DNA of 20,000 nucleotides from positions 5,639,118-5,659,117 of the forward strand of contig NW_019091355.1 in NCBI RefSeq assembly GCF_001949145.1. The letters run 5' to 3'. Positions 1 through 12,805 of this stretch are shown here, one piece after another (the stretch's first letter is position 1; each line of letters starts with the position of its first letter). Both the position numbers and the translations under genes were made by a program. The DNA is from Acanthaster planci (Eukaryota). A model generated the notes under the pieces. The model saw nothing but the letters and a program-made list of their open reading frames with translations, made no database searches and had not been told where the DNA came from.

Positions 1-1675
1 TGTATGAGCACATGTACATGTGCAATATAAGTCCCATACAGCTGTGAATATCAAACCATGTACCTGTACATGTACACCTGCTTAACTTACAAAACATTCA
101 AAGGCACACCAATACTGCCATTTAATCACATTTCTGAAAGTTAATTCAGCTTTATTCATACTTAGACTGGCATTATTTGTGCCAACAACATTTTGGATGA
201 ATCCAATATCCCATCCAACAAAGATTTTTGCTCGCACACAATGTACATGTATGTACGCAAGTGTATGCGCCCCCCAACACTGAAACAATACCCCCCCAGC
301 ACGTAAACACTCTTGCCAAATGTTTACCACATTATCCTTAATCATTATAGGGTATTCCTTTTTTTAAATATTAGCCTAGACTAGTACATGTACTTTTCTC
401 TCTTGGTACAAGTCACAAGGCATGCCTGTACCTGATTCATTCTGTCAGCTCTTTGTGAATAATTTGGAAGTAATATGTTGGCTTGTTTAGTTTTCTTGGC
501 TTGGCCTGACAAGCTCTCCTGTTGGTGTATTATAATCTATGTACATGTGTATCTGACTGCTTCAACTTATACTGTACATGTACAATGGCAAACACCAAGA
601 TGGAATTGAAATATTGTCACTGGTGGCCTGACGTGGAATGTTTCAGTTTCATTCACAGATTTCCTTTCTTTGATTTTTACTCAGTTTATCCTCATTTTTC
701 CTATATATGTAAATGTACATGTCTGTGCATGTATACACTACATGTATATTGTTACCAGTCATCTTTGAAACAAAGAATTAAGGAATAAATTCCAAGTTTT
801 CAAGATGTATTTTTTGCGTTGGGGAGATGTTTAATTTAATTAAACATTGTTAATAGTTACACAAGTTAATAGGTACCCATGCATGGACAAGAAAGCTTTG
901 TCAGTAAGGGGGAAAATGCATTCCATCTGACAGGGGTTGTAAGCATGCCTCCAGCGAGGTTCCTGGCAGGTCACTAGGGAGGGACTAGGAGGCAAAGGAA
1001 CAACCACTGTGTCAAATGAGTAAACTGACAGGCTCAAACTCTGTACAAACCCACTGCCGATGCTCAAGTCAAGAGACAGAATCTGTACAGTGCAGCTAGA
1101 GGAGGAGGGAAGCTCTGACAAAGTGCAGTCTGTTTGTGGTGAATAATTCACATGTGATCATCCCCCTGAAGTCCCTCCATCTCATCTACATGCTTTGACT
1201 TCTACATCTACATCTGACTTGCTTTGGCTGAAAAACAAATGCCTTTTTTGATATAAAAATGTCATAAAATTTGAATTTGGACCAGGATAGCATTTCTGCC
1301 CCTACATGTCGTTTTACATTTGAAGGTGTTTAGAATGAACAGCTCTAGTCCCAACGTGCAACTGTAAATCAAGATTAAGATTTCATTCCCCTATACCGGT
1401 AGCTCTGCAAACATGAGATTTACATGTACATGTACATATAATTGTGCACAACACATCAAACACTGGTCAGAGACTGGAGGAATTTCACTGAAGTTTCAAA
1501 TAAATGTACAAGTACACGACAATTATGAAAACGTGTTCGTTCAAATGCATTGCAGTGTACAGTACCAGTATCTTACATGTACATTGTACGTGTACAATAA
1601 GGGAAAGTCTGAGTTTGCCATTCTGGGCCGATTCGTAGAATTACTAAGCTCGGAAATTTGTTTAACTTTAACCTT

Positions 1676-2061
1676 CCTCAATCCTTCAAAATCCTCTGGG
1701 TGGTTTTGGAGGCTTTTGGAAGATTGAGGCTGCATGGCAAAACTGCAATGCTGATTACGTAGGATGCATTGCGTAGGATGCATTGTCTCAAGATTGTGGG
1801 TTCAACGTTGTGTTGCTCATGTTCAGCCATGCATATTCATGCCCACATAAGTGAAACCTCCATACTGCTCCAGCATACATGTACATTTCACACTGCCTCA
1901 ACATGTAATGATGACAGGAGTTGCCAGAGGATTTTGAAGGATTGAGGCAGTGGGCACCCCTCCACGAAACATATTTGAGAAATACCTATCAGAGGATTTT
2001 GGAGGACTGAGGCTGTATCCAATTTTTTCATGGGGCAGTTGGAGGATTTCAAGGATTGAGG
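1676..2061. repeat. Cluster of five ~21-24-bp repeats (consensus CCAGAGGATTTTGAAGGATTGAGG), one inverted and four direct
   Basis: The minus-strand copy 1676-1699 is the exact reverse complement of 1924-1947. Diverged plus-strand copies are at 1708-1729, 1990-2012 and 2041-2061. Confidence 0.8.
1758..1785 (+). repeat. Perfect 14-bp tandem duplication (CGTAGGATGCATTG)x2
   Basis: Read directly at 1758-1771 and 1772-1785. Confidence 0.9.
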
Positions 2062-3162
2062 GTGTATCCTAGCCAAAAAGCCTGGGCGATTAGGCACGTA
2101 CATGTACGGCATGTTTCATTCCTCAACTTAGATTTGCTTAAAGTTCAGGGTCGTACACTTGAACGCCAATGAGCTTTTGTGATGGAAATGAGACGTCTGA
2201 TGGATTATTTTGTTAGTCAATGATCTTATGTAAGCAAATATACATCAGCCTTTTTTGAGCAGTGAATATTTGTTTATTTCCTTTCTTTGTGTAAAAAAAA
2301 ATTGATATCCTTGCAACTGCGGTTTTCATAAGAATTAAAAACACATAAATATGAAGCCAGTGTTAAACTAAAGGCCATCTTGATGGTTATTAGCTTGCAA
2401 AAGTTTTTTTAATCGAGATTCACAAACTTAAAAATCTGGTTTGCTGTAATTTCATTCTGTCAGAACAAGTCATTGCCTAACCAAAAGTCCAGTTGATATT
2501 CGAATAGTGTAGAATTTAGTAGGATTTAATGGTGTTGATAAAAAGCAGTTGATGATATGTCAAGGATCAATAGTCGCTTCTAATGACGAAAAAACTTTTT
2601 GCACATTTGGCTTTATCATGTGTGTCATTACAAACGTCCGTTGCAAATATATATATGTGGGGTTTATCCTCAGGAAAACCCTTACAAGAAATATTTTCAA
2701 TGGTTTATGTTGTACTCTGTGTTGGCAACACGCAGTGCAGCGTCTCCATGTGAGACTACAGCAAGCACAAGTATCGAACATTGGCTACGGCTCTTCACTG
2801 CTGCATCCTCTTATCAAAATTCGAAGCCGTAGTTGCAGGGGACAGAACCGGATTATGGCAACCCCTGTCATGCGCCGCCCCATTCAATCCATGTATTAGC
2901 TAAATTGATACACCGGCAGTGCTGGATGAACATACGTGTAGGGTTAACACAAAAAGGACATGTACATGTACGAAAAATGGCCAAAAATGCTACCAGCCAA
3001 AATAACAAGCAGTGAATACATCTACATGTAGGTCTGTATGTCACTAATTTGTGACAGTTTCAGACTTTCCTCAACATATTTGGTGCTACCTGAAAGGATG
3101 TACATGTATGTATCTCATCCACACTTTCGTCTGGAATTAAGACTAGACCCAAGACCACAACC

Positions 3163-3278
3163 GACCTTTTCACTAAATTCCTAATTATGCATGCATGCGC
3201 ATAAATGGCCTTGGTGGCAAGAAGTGTGAGCAGGCCATTGAAGGTATTGGGGTGCGACTTTGATGATCATTCTATTTC
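3163..3278 (-). mobile_element. MITE family A, partial copy (inverted relative to 3698-3838)
   Basis: GACCTTTTCACTAAATTCCTAATTATGCATGCATGCGCATAAATGGCCTTGGTGGCAAGAAGTGTGAGCAGGCCATTGAAGGTATTGGGGTGCGACTTTGATGATCATT aligns along its length with the reverse complement of 3725-3838. Confidence 0.75.
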
Positions 3279-3697
3279 ATGTACATGGCCTACCATTGAA
3301 CCTGCTCATAGTTTGGAGTGATACCGAAGGAAATGGCATCCAGTTGTGTTTGGGTTTGTACGAAAAGACAAAGTGCAGATTCAAAAGAGAAAGGGATCTG
3401 GTTCTTCAGATTTCTCAAGTGCAGAAAGTAGTGAATTGAATAGGTACATGTACAGTACATGTACACTGAACATCAGTACGTGTTTACAAATGCACGGGTT
3501 GCTCCAAAAAAACTAACGATGTAATTTATAGTAATTACCGGTGTGATGGAAGGGGCCATGCTAATTAGAAATGGCGATCTTGGGCGCACAGGAAAAATCC
3601 GTTTTTTACATGTACATGTAAAGTCTTCTTATAGAGCGATTAAAAATCCCGCTTAGATTAGAAACTAATAGCAAAATGATTTAATGAAGAAAAAACT

Positions 3698-3838
3698 GAA
3701 CAAAGCCAGAAAAGCTGAGAGAAAAATGATCATCAAAGTTGCACCCCTATACCTTTTCAATGGCCCGCTCACACTTCTTGCCGCCAAAGCTGTTTGTGCG
3801 CATGCGTGCATAATTATGAATTTAGCAGTGAAAAGGTC
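3698..3838 (+). mobile_element. MITE family A, partial copy ending GTGAAAAGGTC|TA
   Basis: Inverted match to 3163-3271. Direct similarity to 16600-16745 (GAACAAAG...CAAA(G/A)T(T/C)GCACC...TTGCCGCC...GCATGCGTGCATAATT). Followed by TA, a possible TSD. Confidence 0.75.
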
Positions 3839-6410
3839 TACATGTGCATGCACTGTACATACATTAATGACAAGTGTTAAAGATAAGTGTGTGGTACACA
3901 TACATGTACATGTATACATGTACAGTGCGTGCTGATAGTGAATCTCATCAAACATGTCAAAACTGGCTTTGAAAGATACATTCATGTGCACAGATGTACA
4001 TAAAAGTCTGTCTGTACATGGCACCCACATTGGATGTTGTGAAATTGTTCATGGTCTGCTGACTACAAGTACATGTGGCTGCTGATCCTTGCACCTGTTC
4101 ATATGAGTGTCTGTCCATGTTAATGGACTCAACTCAGTAGTTTCATCCATCACTGAATTGAATGTTGTGTAGTTTTCATCAGAACTTAAGTATAATGCCA
4201 CAAAAGTGATTAATGTTGTTGAGTTGTTGTTAAATAAATAAGACATTTTTTTAATCATCTCCGATTTTGTTTTACCTTTATTAAAAGAAAATTTGAGAAA
4301 CGTCCGATTCAAAGGTTGTGCTTAAGTGTGACACTTTGGGGACTTTGGGGATAATAATAAACACACCGGTCCCCCAATAGGTCAAAAATTCTACATGCAA
4401 CTTGTAGAAAATGTGACAGCCAACATTTATGTATGGACATATATGTTTTCCAAAAGAAAATGTTTGATTAAAATTGGAAACATTTCATTTGGTAGTTACA
4501 TGTACATGTACTTTTGCAACAGCATCCATCAAGAATGTTATGAAATTTTTTTTTTCCCAATGGGAAAATTCACTATCGAAAAATTGGCGACATGGCATTT
4601 CAGACCAGGTAACAGACGAATGGCAAACAGTATAGATTAATTTTTTTGTGGAATGACTTCCATTTTCTCAAAACGGGAAAAAAAGGTCCAGGGGTGAGAT
4701 TTCTGTCTATTTTTATTACGCTTGCAATGCACACACACTTCCCGCCAACTTACACATTTTGTGGAACTTAAGCTGGTGACTGAAACGTAGTATATACAGA
4801 GTACCAGTCTACTTTGAGTTTGTTTGTTCGTATGGAAACTTCAAGACATGAGATTGTCACCGTCCAGCAGGTCATGACATCCAGGTAAAGGTTACATACG
4901 TGAAAAAAAGGAGCTGAACTTTAACATTGTATTGCACTTGTTCTGTTTAAATTCATTTGTTGTTTTTTTTTCAAATGATCCGAATACAACGTCTACCATG
5001 TGTGTTGGAAATATAATGAGTTTTATGATGGAAATTTGCCATATAATGTAAGCTGGTAATGTGTTGACTTAAACAGACACACACTCAAAAATCAGTTGTA
5101 CTATGGTGGACATCGTAAAATATGAATGTGCGCTAGAGTGGTTGTGTTATGGCATCCGTTAATCGTTCCATGAGGACTAAAACACAGAGCATTTGTCCAA
5201 AACCTCAACAGCCATGGCCGGCTGTGGCCCTGGTCAGAAAAGTGGCAGATCGGGGAGGGCTTTGCCATGGGATGGCTTCATCATGCTTAACTTGTCTCCA
5301 GTTCGTATGAAATTGCTTACGAATATTTCACATGATTTTGATTGATTTTTGAAAAAAGATTATTATCAAAACAACTGGAAATAATGCACCATTACTAGAA
5401 AATCTTATTTCTCAGGTTTTCAGTCACTTTTTTGCGTGGCAACAGAAATTGGTCATGATCATGGAATTTAAACATGGGCAGCTCCATAAGCAAGTGGAGT
5501 TTACGTGAACTTTTTTCTATTTCCAATTTGTTTTTGTGTACTCATTTCCAGTCTTTGTCATTAGTTTTTCTTCATTTTTATCTGTAATTTCCCTAAAAAA
5601 ATTCAAATTGGACTCTTTCCAAAAAGTTGTTCTCTCATCCTTATTGTCAGTGCAGTGGGTGTGAAGTGGCATTGTTGTCTGATAGGACTAAGGTGCTGAA
5701 CTTGCTAAACATGCTGAAGCACGACGGCACCTAAACTCCTTAGCTTTACCCCAGAACTGTTTCTTTTTGAATATCCTTTCTATATATTAACAGGAGAGCA
5801 TATTAAAATATTCCAAACAATGTAAAAAAAAATAGACATGCTTGAAGACCATTGGGAAGTTTCAAACTATTTTCTTTTTTATTACTTTTGCCATCAGATA
5901 AATATGTATGTGTACACATGTACACGTATAACTTTCATCTGTTTTGCAATAGCTGTGTCTGTGATTTTTTTGTCTCTTATTTTTTGAAGGGTAATAATGG
6001 TGAAATTGCGGAGTGACCCTGCAAGGGGAGCCTTTAGGCTCAAAATCTGAAGCTGCAGCTTTAGTTGCCGGGAAGTACCTGGAGATAATGAAAAAATTCA
6101 ACCCCTCAAAATATTGTGAATTTCGAGCCCGAGAAACCCAGACAAATCATTGCTTGTTCGTCTATATGTACAACATGTACATGTATGTTACAAACATAGT
6201 GGTTGAAAGTCCGTCCATGTTACAAAAATAAATTTCTTAAGACATTTGCTCTTTTATAACACAAGAAATACGTCAATAATTATCTTTAAATTCAACTGAC
6301 ATATCCTGTGATGGGTAAAGATGTCACGCACCAAAAAGCACTGGGGACAAAATACATTCATTTCTAGGGGTCTTTGTCACACCAATTACATCCATTAGTG
6401 TGTACAACCC

Positions 6411-6490
6411 ATGTACATGTATATGCATAAATGTACATGTAGATAGGTACATGTACATGTACATACCTGTACATACACGTATGTACATGC
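6411..6490. repeat. Degenerate (TACATG)n array; similar arrays at ~3894-3925, ~8301-8364 and ~13830-13879
   Basis: Concatenated TACATG/TACA/TGTA/TACCTGTA units read directly. They give rise to the spurious MYMY/CTCT/HVHV peptides in the ORF track. Confidence 0.85.
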
Positions 6491-8380
6491 ATAATGCCCT
6501 GCAAATTTGCTAACCAGCTTTTTCATCACCAGGAAACTGCAGCAGGAATGAGAGCATAAAATTACACTATAGCCAAACTCACAAACTAAAAATGACTTTT
6601 TCAAAACCATTCACCATATCACCCTTTATGTTAGAAAAAAGCATTGCATACAACTTCTTCATTCTCTTCCCCAGAGGTGTCAAGAATTGCACGTACGTAC
6701 AGACCATATGTCAATGCTTCCGCTAACGACAACACAATCAATACAAATATCAGAACAAATACATATGTACAAATCAACAAAAGTAGAAAAGTGTGACTGG
6801 AAACACAGCAGGCAGACTGGATGTGAGAAGATTATCACCATCCAAAATCCTCACACATTTTTCCCAAACAAAATGAGAATGCTGTTAAAAGTAAAAATGC
6901 TGCAATTGTTAATTTTTCAGTATTATACTCAGAGGCAATGGTGGAAGCATTTTGTGGAAGCAGACAATGGTACCTTTGAGTGATTGAATTGCTGTTTAAA
7001 TGAACTTGGTTTCACATGTAACAGAGACACCACACCATTTTCCTCAATGTTGGTAAACGTACATGTACATTTCCATTCGGGGGGGAGGGCTTCAGTTCCC
7101 ATCAAATAAATTTATAGCAACAAGTGTGACACACTCTTATTAACCACTTGCTGCCAGGGGCAGTTATCAATGTGGATGATGCTGGTCCAGGATAATTATC
7201 GGTTTTTTTTTGTTTTCAAAATTCGTTAAAAATTCTTATCTTCATTTACTGAACACTTACAAATGCGTGAAGGACTGTCTGGTGCCACTCTAGCCTGACA
7301 GACAAAATCTATTGACGGCTGAGTATTTCAGCCAGGCCTGCAGCCTTGTAAAAAGAGTGCTGATTGTGCGGTGTTATATCAGTTGCTTTTGTTCACGAAC
7401 CTGCCTCAGTGCGCTGCTGACCTCTTTTCAATAGGGGCCAGATTAGCATGCAGCGGTGCTGTGTGGCTCATCGCTGTGGTGTTGGAGCGCATTTGTCCCC
7501 GGTGGTAATCCGCTTGCTCTTAATGCCCCAAACCATAGTATACTGTTTCAAAACAAGGCTGGATTATTATCTCCACTTTTGAGACTGAAAAAATGTCTGT
7601 AATGCCAAGCAGCCTGGTCTTTTGTTCCGAGTACGGCCTTTTATCATAAGGCCCTGTTCCCTTTGTCCGAGTTCGGAAACCCCGGCCACGCAAAGCATAG
7701 TGTCTGGATCTGGAATCCCCAGGCAGGAAATGGTTAATCTGTAGCTGCTTGGGAAATTAACTTCTAGCTGTATTTTTAACTCTTAGCGGAGAAAACTGGT
7801 AATGGATGCCAAATTTTAAAAGGGTCAATCAACCGTTTTCACAATTTACAGAGAGTCAAGTAATATTAAGTTTTCCTTAAAACTAGTTTGGATGGTGTTC
7901 TGTGTTCTCTAACATGTACATGTATGTAGGAGAAAAATGTTTTATCGAAATGGACACAAATGTTTTGGTGTCTGTGTTGGGTCAAACCAACTGTTCTCCA
8001 ATGTACCTTAATCAGGCATCCCTAGTTTGCATGGCAAATGCAAAAGCATAAAATCTCAGCATCTTGAGGAGCCCTGTCTTGTCAATTCAAGACAAATGCT
8101 GACAGTCTCTTTTCAAACGTGGGGCAAACCCATTCCAACTAACATGTACGGGACTGGTACCTGAGATGGAGTTCAAGATTTCCTTCAGACGAGAGAAGCT
8201 TCCTAGCAAAGGGTCCTGTTCCTCTTCCTGTACATAAAAAACAGACAGAAATATTCACTTCTCTGGAAGTGAAAGAGCCGACAAACAAACCTTCACTGCA
8301 TGTGTACATTGTACATGTACATAATACCTTCTTTGACTATTGCACATGTATACAAGTACATGTAGCTCACAAAGTTGTTG

Positions 8381-9393
8381 AGGGTTCTCCCCAGGATTTT
8401 TCAAAACTGTGGGGGATTTCCATTGTGGTTTACCAACATTTTGCGAAGCCATGGCGTGGGTTCGGACCCCGCCCAAGGGCCCCGAAAATTTTGGGACTTT
8501 AGATGCTCTCAGCTGCATTTTAGAGCATTTCCTGGGTTTTTCAAGTACCTTTTGTCAGGAAAACACATAACAAATGCAATATATTTTTTAAATTTTGGAT
8601 ATTAGTATTTTAACAAATGACCAGTTTCCTTTCTGGACTACTACCGGGTAATTAGGCCTTTAGGCACAAATGGAGTCATTTCAAGTTTCAGACATGCAAC
8701 AACATGTAGTGGCTGTCTAATCAATGATATAAACAGCCGTTTATTCAGTTTTAATTTTAATACATGCTTCAACCTTTCTGTTTTGCTGATCAGACCTGAA
8801 ACCATGAGCTCCATTCAGTTGTAAGGCAAAAATATTAGCATATAAGGAATAAACAAATATCATAAAAATATAAAAATGATTTTGTCTTGATATAAAATAA
8901 ACAACAAGGCTTTTCTTGTATATCGGCAAGAAAGAATACCCGCTGCAGGTGGTTGCTTCGTTTGGATTTCCCTCCGCGCGGACTGCTGAAGTTATTGGCT
9001 TAAAAAAAGAGCCTATCTTTGATTGAAGTTCTGCCATTGTGCGCGAGACAAAAAAACGGTGATATGGCAACGAGAAATATAGTCCCCGTTGTAGATGCCA
9101 TTAATACTCTTACACAGGGCGACGGCTGCCGCCATGAAAAAAAAAACGTGTGTGGGATCGATGTTGTAAGTTCTGTGTATAGTACATGGAAAAATGCAGG
9201 ACTAAACTGTTTTTTTATCTATATTTTCCAGACATGCAATCTGCATTATGTAAGATAACTCTGAGCCATACTCTCACAATTATATTGTGTGTATCGGGGA
9301 TGAAAAAATGGGTATTGGCCGTTTTTTGCATATCGGGCAGAAATAATTGCGTATCGGGCCCGATACGCAAGTTTGTCCATGGGGAGAACCCTG
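8381..9393 (-). mobile_element. hAT-like non-autonomous or deleted DNA transposon (or two adjacent hAT-type ends)
   Basis: Perfect 13-bp inverted repeat AGGGTTCTCCCCA (8381-8393) / TGGGGAGAACCCT (9380-9392). The right end reads CAGGGTTCTCCCCA on the minus strand, a hAT-type CAGGG terminus. Subterminal (G/A)TATCGGG repeats lie at about 9291-9370, and a minus-strand ATG at 9037 starts MAELQSKIGSFFKP. No 8-bp TSD was found. Confidence 0.6.
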
Positions 9394-12300
9394 TTGATAA
9401 TCAAACTGACCATCACACATCCATCTGAGCAATTACCTTTTAAATCAAGTGAAAGCTGGCTTTGTTACATGTGGTGCACGTGTATACATATCAACACAAC
9501 TTGAGGTACATGCCGACAGTTACAAGTATACATCGTACATGCTGTCTTTCAAAATGGATTGGAGGCAAATAAAATTATCTTATTTAATTTGTAAAGGGTC
9601 CGGGTGAATCAGTTGTAGGAATCATGTAGGCATGCTCTTTGTACTTCATATTCTTATTATGAAAGCAGTTTGATATCCTTCGGGAGGTTCAGTGTATTGT
9701 AAAATTGAATTGAGTGTATTGAAAAACTGCATTACATATGTAGACACGAAGTCAGAGCTTACTAATGGCATACATTCAAGGATTTCCAAGCCAGACCAAG
9801 GTATTAAAAAGCCAAGTTCTGCCAATTTTATCAAGAAAGCCTGTCACTTTTTTTTATTTCAACCCTTAAGAAAAACAGCTCAAACAGAAGATTGAAAAAC
9901 GTGCCAAAAATTTACCTGTGGCAAATGGGATGTCCATCTGGAGCTCCGCCTCATGGCTGTAGAAACTAGCAACATCTCCCCTTGAACAATGTAGACCCCA
10001 TTAGTGGGTGGTTGTATCTTTGGAGCTACTACCATGGTTGCCATCGCAACAGGAGGGATGTTTATCTATGGATTTGCCTTTTTCCCCAGGTTGTTTTGCT
10101 CAGTACTTTTCCTTCAGTTTGTAGACTTAGATCAGATGAGGGTCATATTACAGGGGCTCAACTGATATTATTAATCCATGTTCTGCATCTAGCTGAAAGA
10201 TAAAAAGAAAAACAGAGAAATGAGGAATATCCTGCCCCTGTAGATGTAGCATGGAAACTGGAGTTCAGTTGTTTGAAAATGGTAGTAATGGATCAAGTGA
10301 TTAGGATGTTAGAACTCGTTTTTAAAATTTAGCCTGGCCAGTTGCACTGTGGCCTCATTGTAAATTCATATATCTAGCTCCAGATTTCACCCCCAAAACA
10401 GCCCTGAAACTGTCTAATGTGCTTGCTCACAAATTCAGTGGGAATTGGGGATTCCAGTGATGGTGGTAAAGTTTACTTTCATTTGGGAAGAAAAATTTCT
10501 CATTCAAATTGGAAATGCTATGGTTGTCAAGCTCACAGTTACCATATTCATCATGTAGCGATTCAAACTGTTTGTTGATATTATGTACATGTACAGGAAA
10601 AATAATGAGACATCTTGATGACCCGGCCCAGGGCACCATTCATAATTGTAAAGCACATGTACATGTATATTGACAACGGTTCCCAGCACGGCAGAACGTC
10701 TAGCGCCACAAGTCGATTTTGTCACACACAGTTCCTGGACATTACACCACTCAGGAAACAGTCACTGGCATTTGTGTGCATTTTCCTCATGTTCAACTAT
10801 GCGCAGCAATTTTGCAATGAAAATCACAAAATTCAAAACAACATTAAAAAGAAATTATACAATATAAATAACTATCACAAAAACGGGCATCTTGCACAGG
10901 AATGGAGACAGCGGCCTCCAGTGAGTGATGTCAGGTCCACAGGAACTATGACGTTGGTGCAACACTCCCGGCTGATGGTGAAAAGGTATGTCCCATTCCC
11001 AATCAAAAAAGCCCTGACATTTAATATGTTTCTTACAATAAATACATGCCCATTCATTTAGTTTTCTGGCCACAAGATTTGATTCTTCTTTACTCTGTTA
11101 CAGATCAATAAACAGACCAGTGGTCCTCACACAAAAAAGTGCTAAATCCGTGGTGAGATATCAACAATATCAAATCGCTAATTTTGTCCATACAAGCAGT
11201 ATAAACCATAAAACATTTTAAGGTTACAAGAAATTCAAATTTCACAGGTTTTCAACGATGATTTACAAATAAATAAATCACACTTACAGAATAAATCTGG
11301 CTTTTAGAGTTCATGACTTAGCGGTGAATCTAGCTCGGCAAACCCATAGCCAAATGGGTATCCACAATCATCAGCCTCGGCCGGCAACACAAAACTTCCC
11401 TCGGCCTTCTCCAGACTGGAGAATGAATTCAAAGGGCCTCAGTGCCCAAGGAGACTCCGAGCCAGAGTTGCTTGCCACTACGTGACGAGTCATTCCCCAA
11501 AGCTTGATTTCATACTTTCACAAAAATATTTAATTGGAATGCATCACACCCATTGGGAGGGTCTCAGTAATCAATATCATCCAACCAAACACACTCATCC
11601 ACATGCAGAAAGTCTACATGGCAGTTCACGCTTGAAATACCTGCCTGTTTAAACCAAAAACAGGTACACTGGTGCGACATCCATGCTCCTACGAATGCCC
11701 AAAACTTTACTAGGTGTAAAAGCTCTAACAAAAGGGACTTCATACCCGAATTCACACAGTTTAAAGTGGCAACTCAACACCACAGCTTCCAATTTCGTGG
11801 AAAGTTACATTCGATTCATGACCAAGCACTAATTGGTCCATTGTACAGGCTGAAAAACTTATACACTCATATAACCTTCAACTTATACATTGTACAATCA
11901 CAACGGATTTACTCAATATAACCCGTAAGTTATACAATCATAAAGAATTCAATTATGCAACATAATTCTCATGGTTTTGTTTCCAATGGACTCCTGAAAT
12001 CTCCCAAAAAGTCATCGTTTGTGAGACCGGCGCATTGTGACAACTTGAGATTCTCAACGTCGGCTTGAGTTCAACAGAAGATTTCCAATTTGAATGGGCA
12101 ATTTCTCTTTTCTTTGCAAATGAACATGTAAATGCAATCCTTCCCACCATCAATGGAATCTCCAATTCCCACTGAATACTACAGTAGGTCATTTGACAGT
12201 TTCAGGACTGTTTATGGGGTGAAATGTAGCCTCCTTGGTGTAGCTGTGGTCAGTCACACCAAGGGGAGCAAGGGTGAAATCTAAGGATTTCGATTCAGAG

Positions 12301-12596
12301 TATGTGCTACTTTGAAAAAAAAATGAATAAAAAGTGAAATTAATGGTACATAAGGCCTATGCAAGGTTCTGGGACTCTATTAATCGCCAACCATGTCCAA
12401 ATATCAAAAGAGGCGATTCATGAGTACAAGGCACTCTAACTAGCCTACAGTCATGACAGTCAAATTTTAATCTCTGCTAACATTTTTTTTTCAAATATTC
12501 AATGAAAAAAACTGCACACAAACAATAACTACATGTACAGCGACAAAAGTTGATGAGACCGATGATCCTGACGTTGAAAGATCACTGACGGTCAAT

Positions 12597-12805
12597 AAGC
12601 CTATCGGTATTTCCCATTCCATCGCCATGTTGATTTTAGTGCCCCTGCGTAAGTAAGTGAACAAAGCTAGAGGGGAGCAAATTGTCTACAACAATAACAA
12701 TGGCGAGCATCCATTTGCCACATTTTACGCGACGTTGTTGCCATGAATTTGTTGCCCGCTCTTCTGAGCTTTTCCGCTTGCGTACATGAAATGTGAAAAA
12801 GGCTT
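12597..12805. mobile_element. Possible MITE distantly related to family A
   Basis: Termini AAGCCT / AGGCTT. The right end GTGAAAAAGGCTT resembles family A GTGAAAAGGTC. Internal GAACAAAGCTAG motif and an imperfect IR CGCCATGTTGATT / AATAACAATGGCG. Confidence 0.35.

Noticed and set aside
1924..2061. CRISPR-like repeat-spacer array
   Set aside because: Eukaryotic context, diverged repeats in mixed orientation, irregular spacing and no cas genes.
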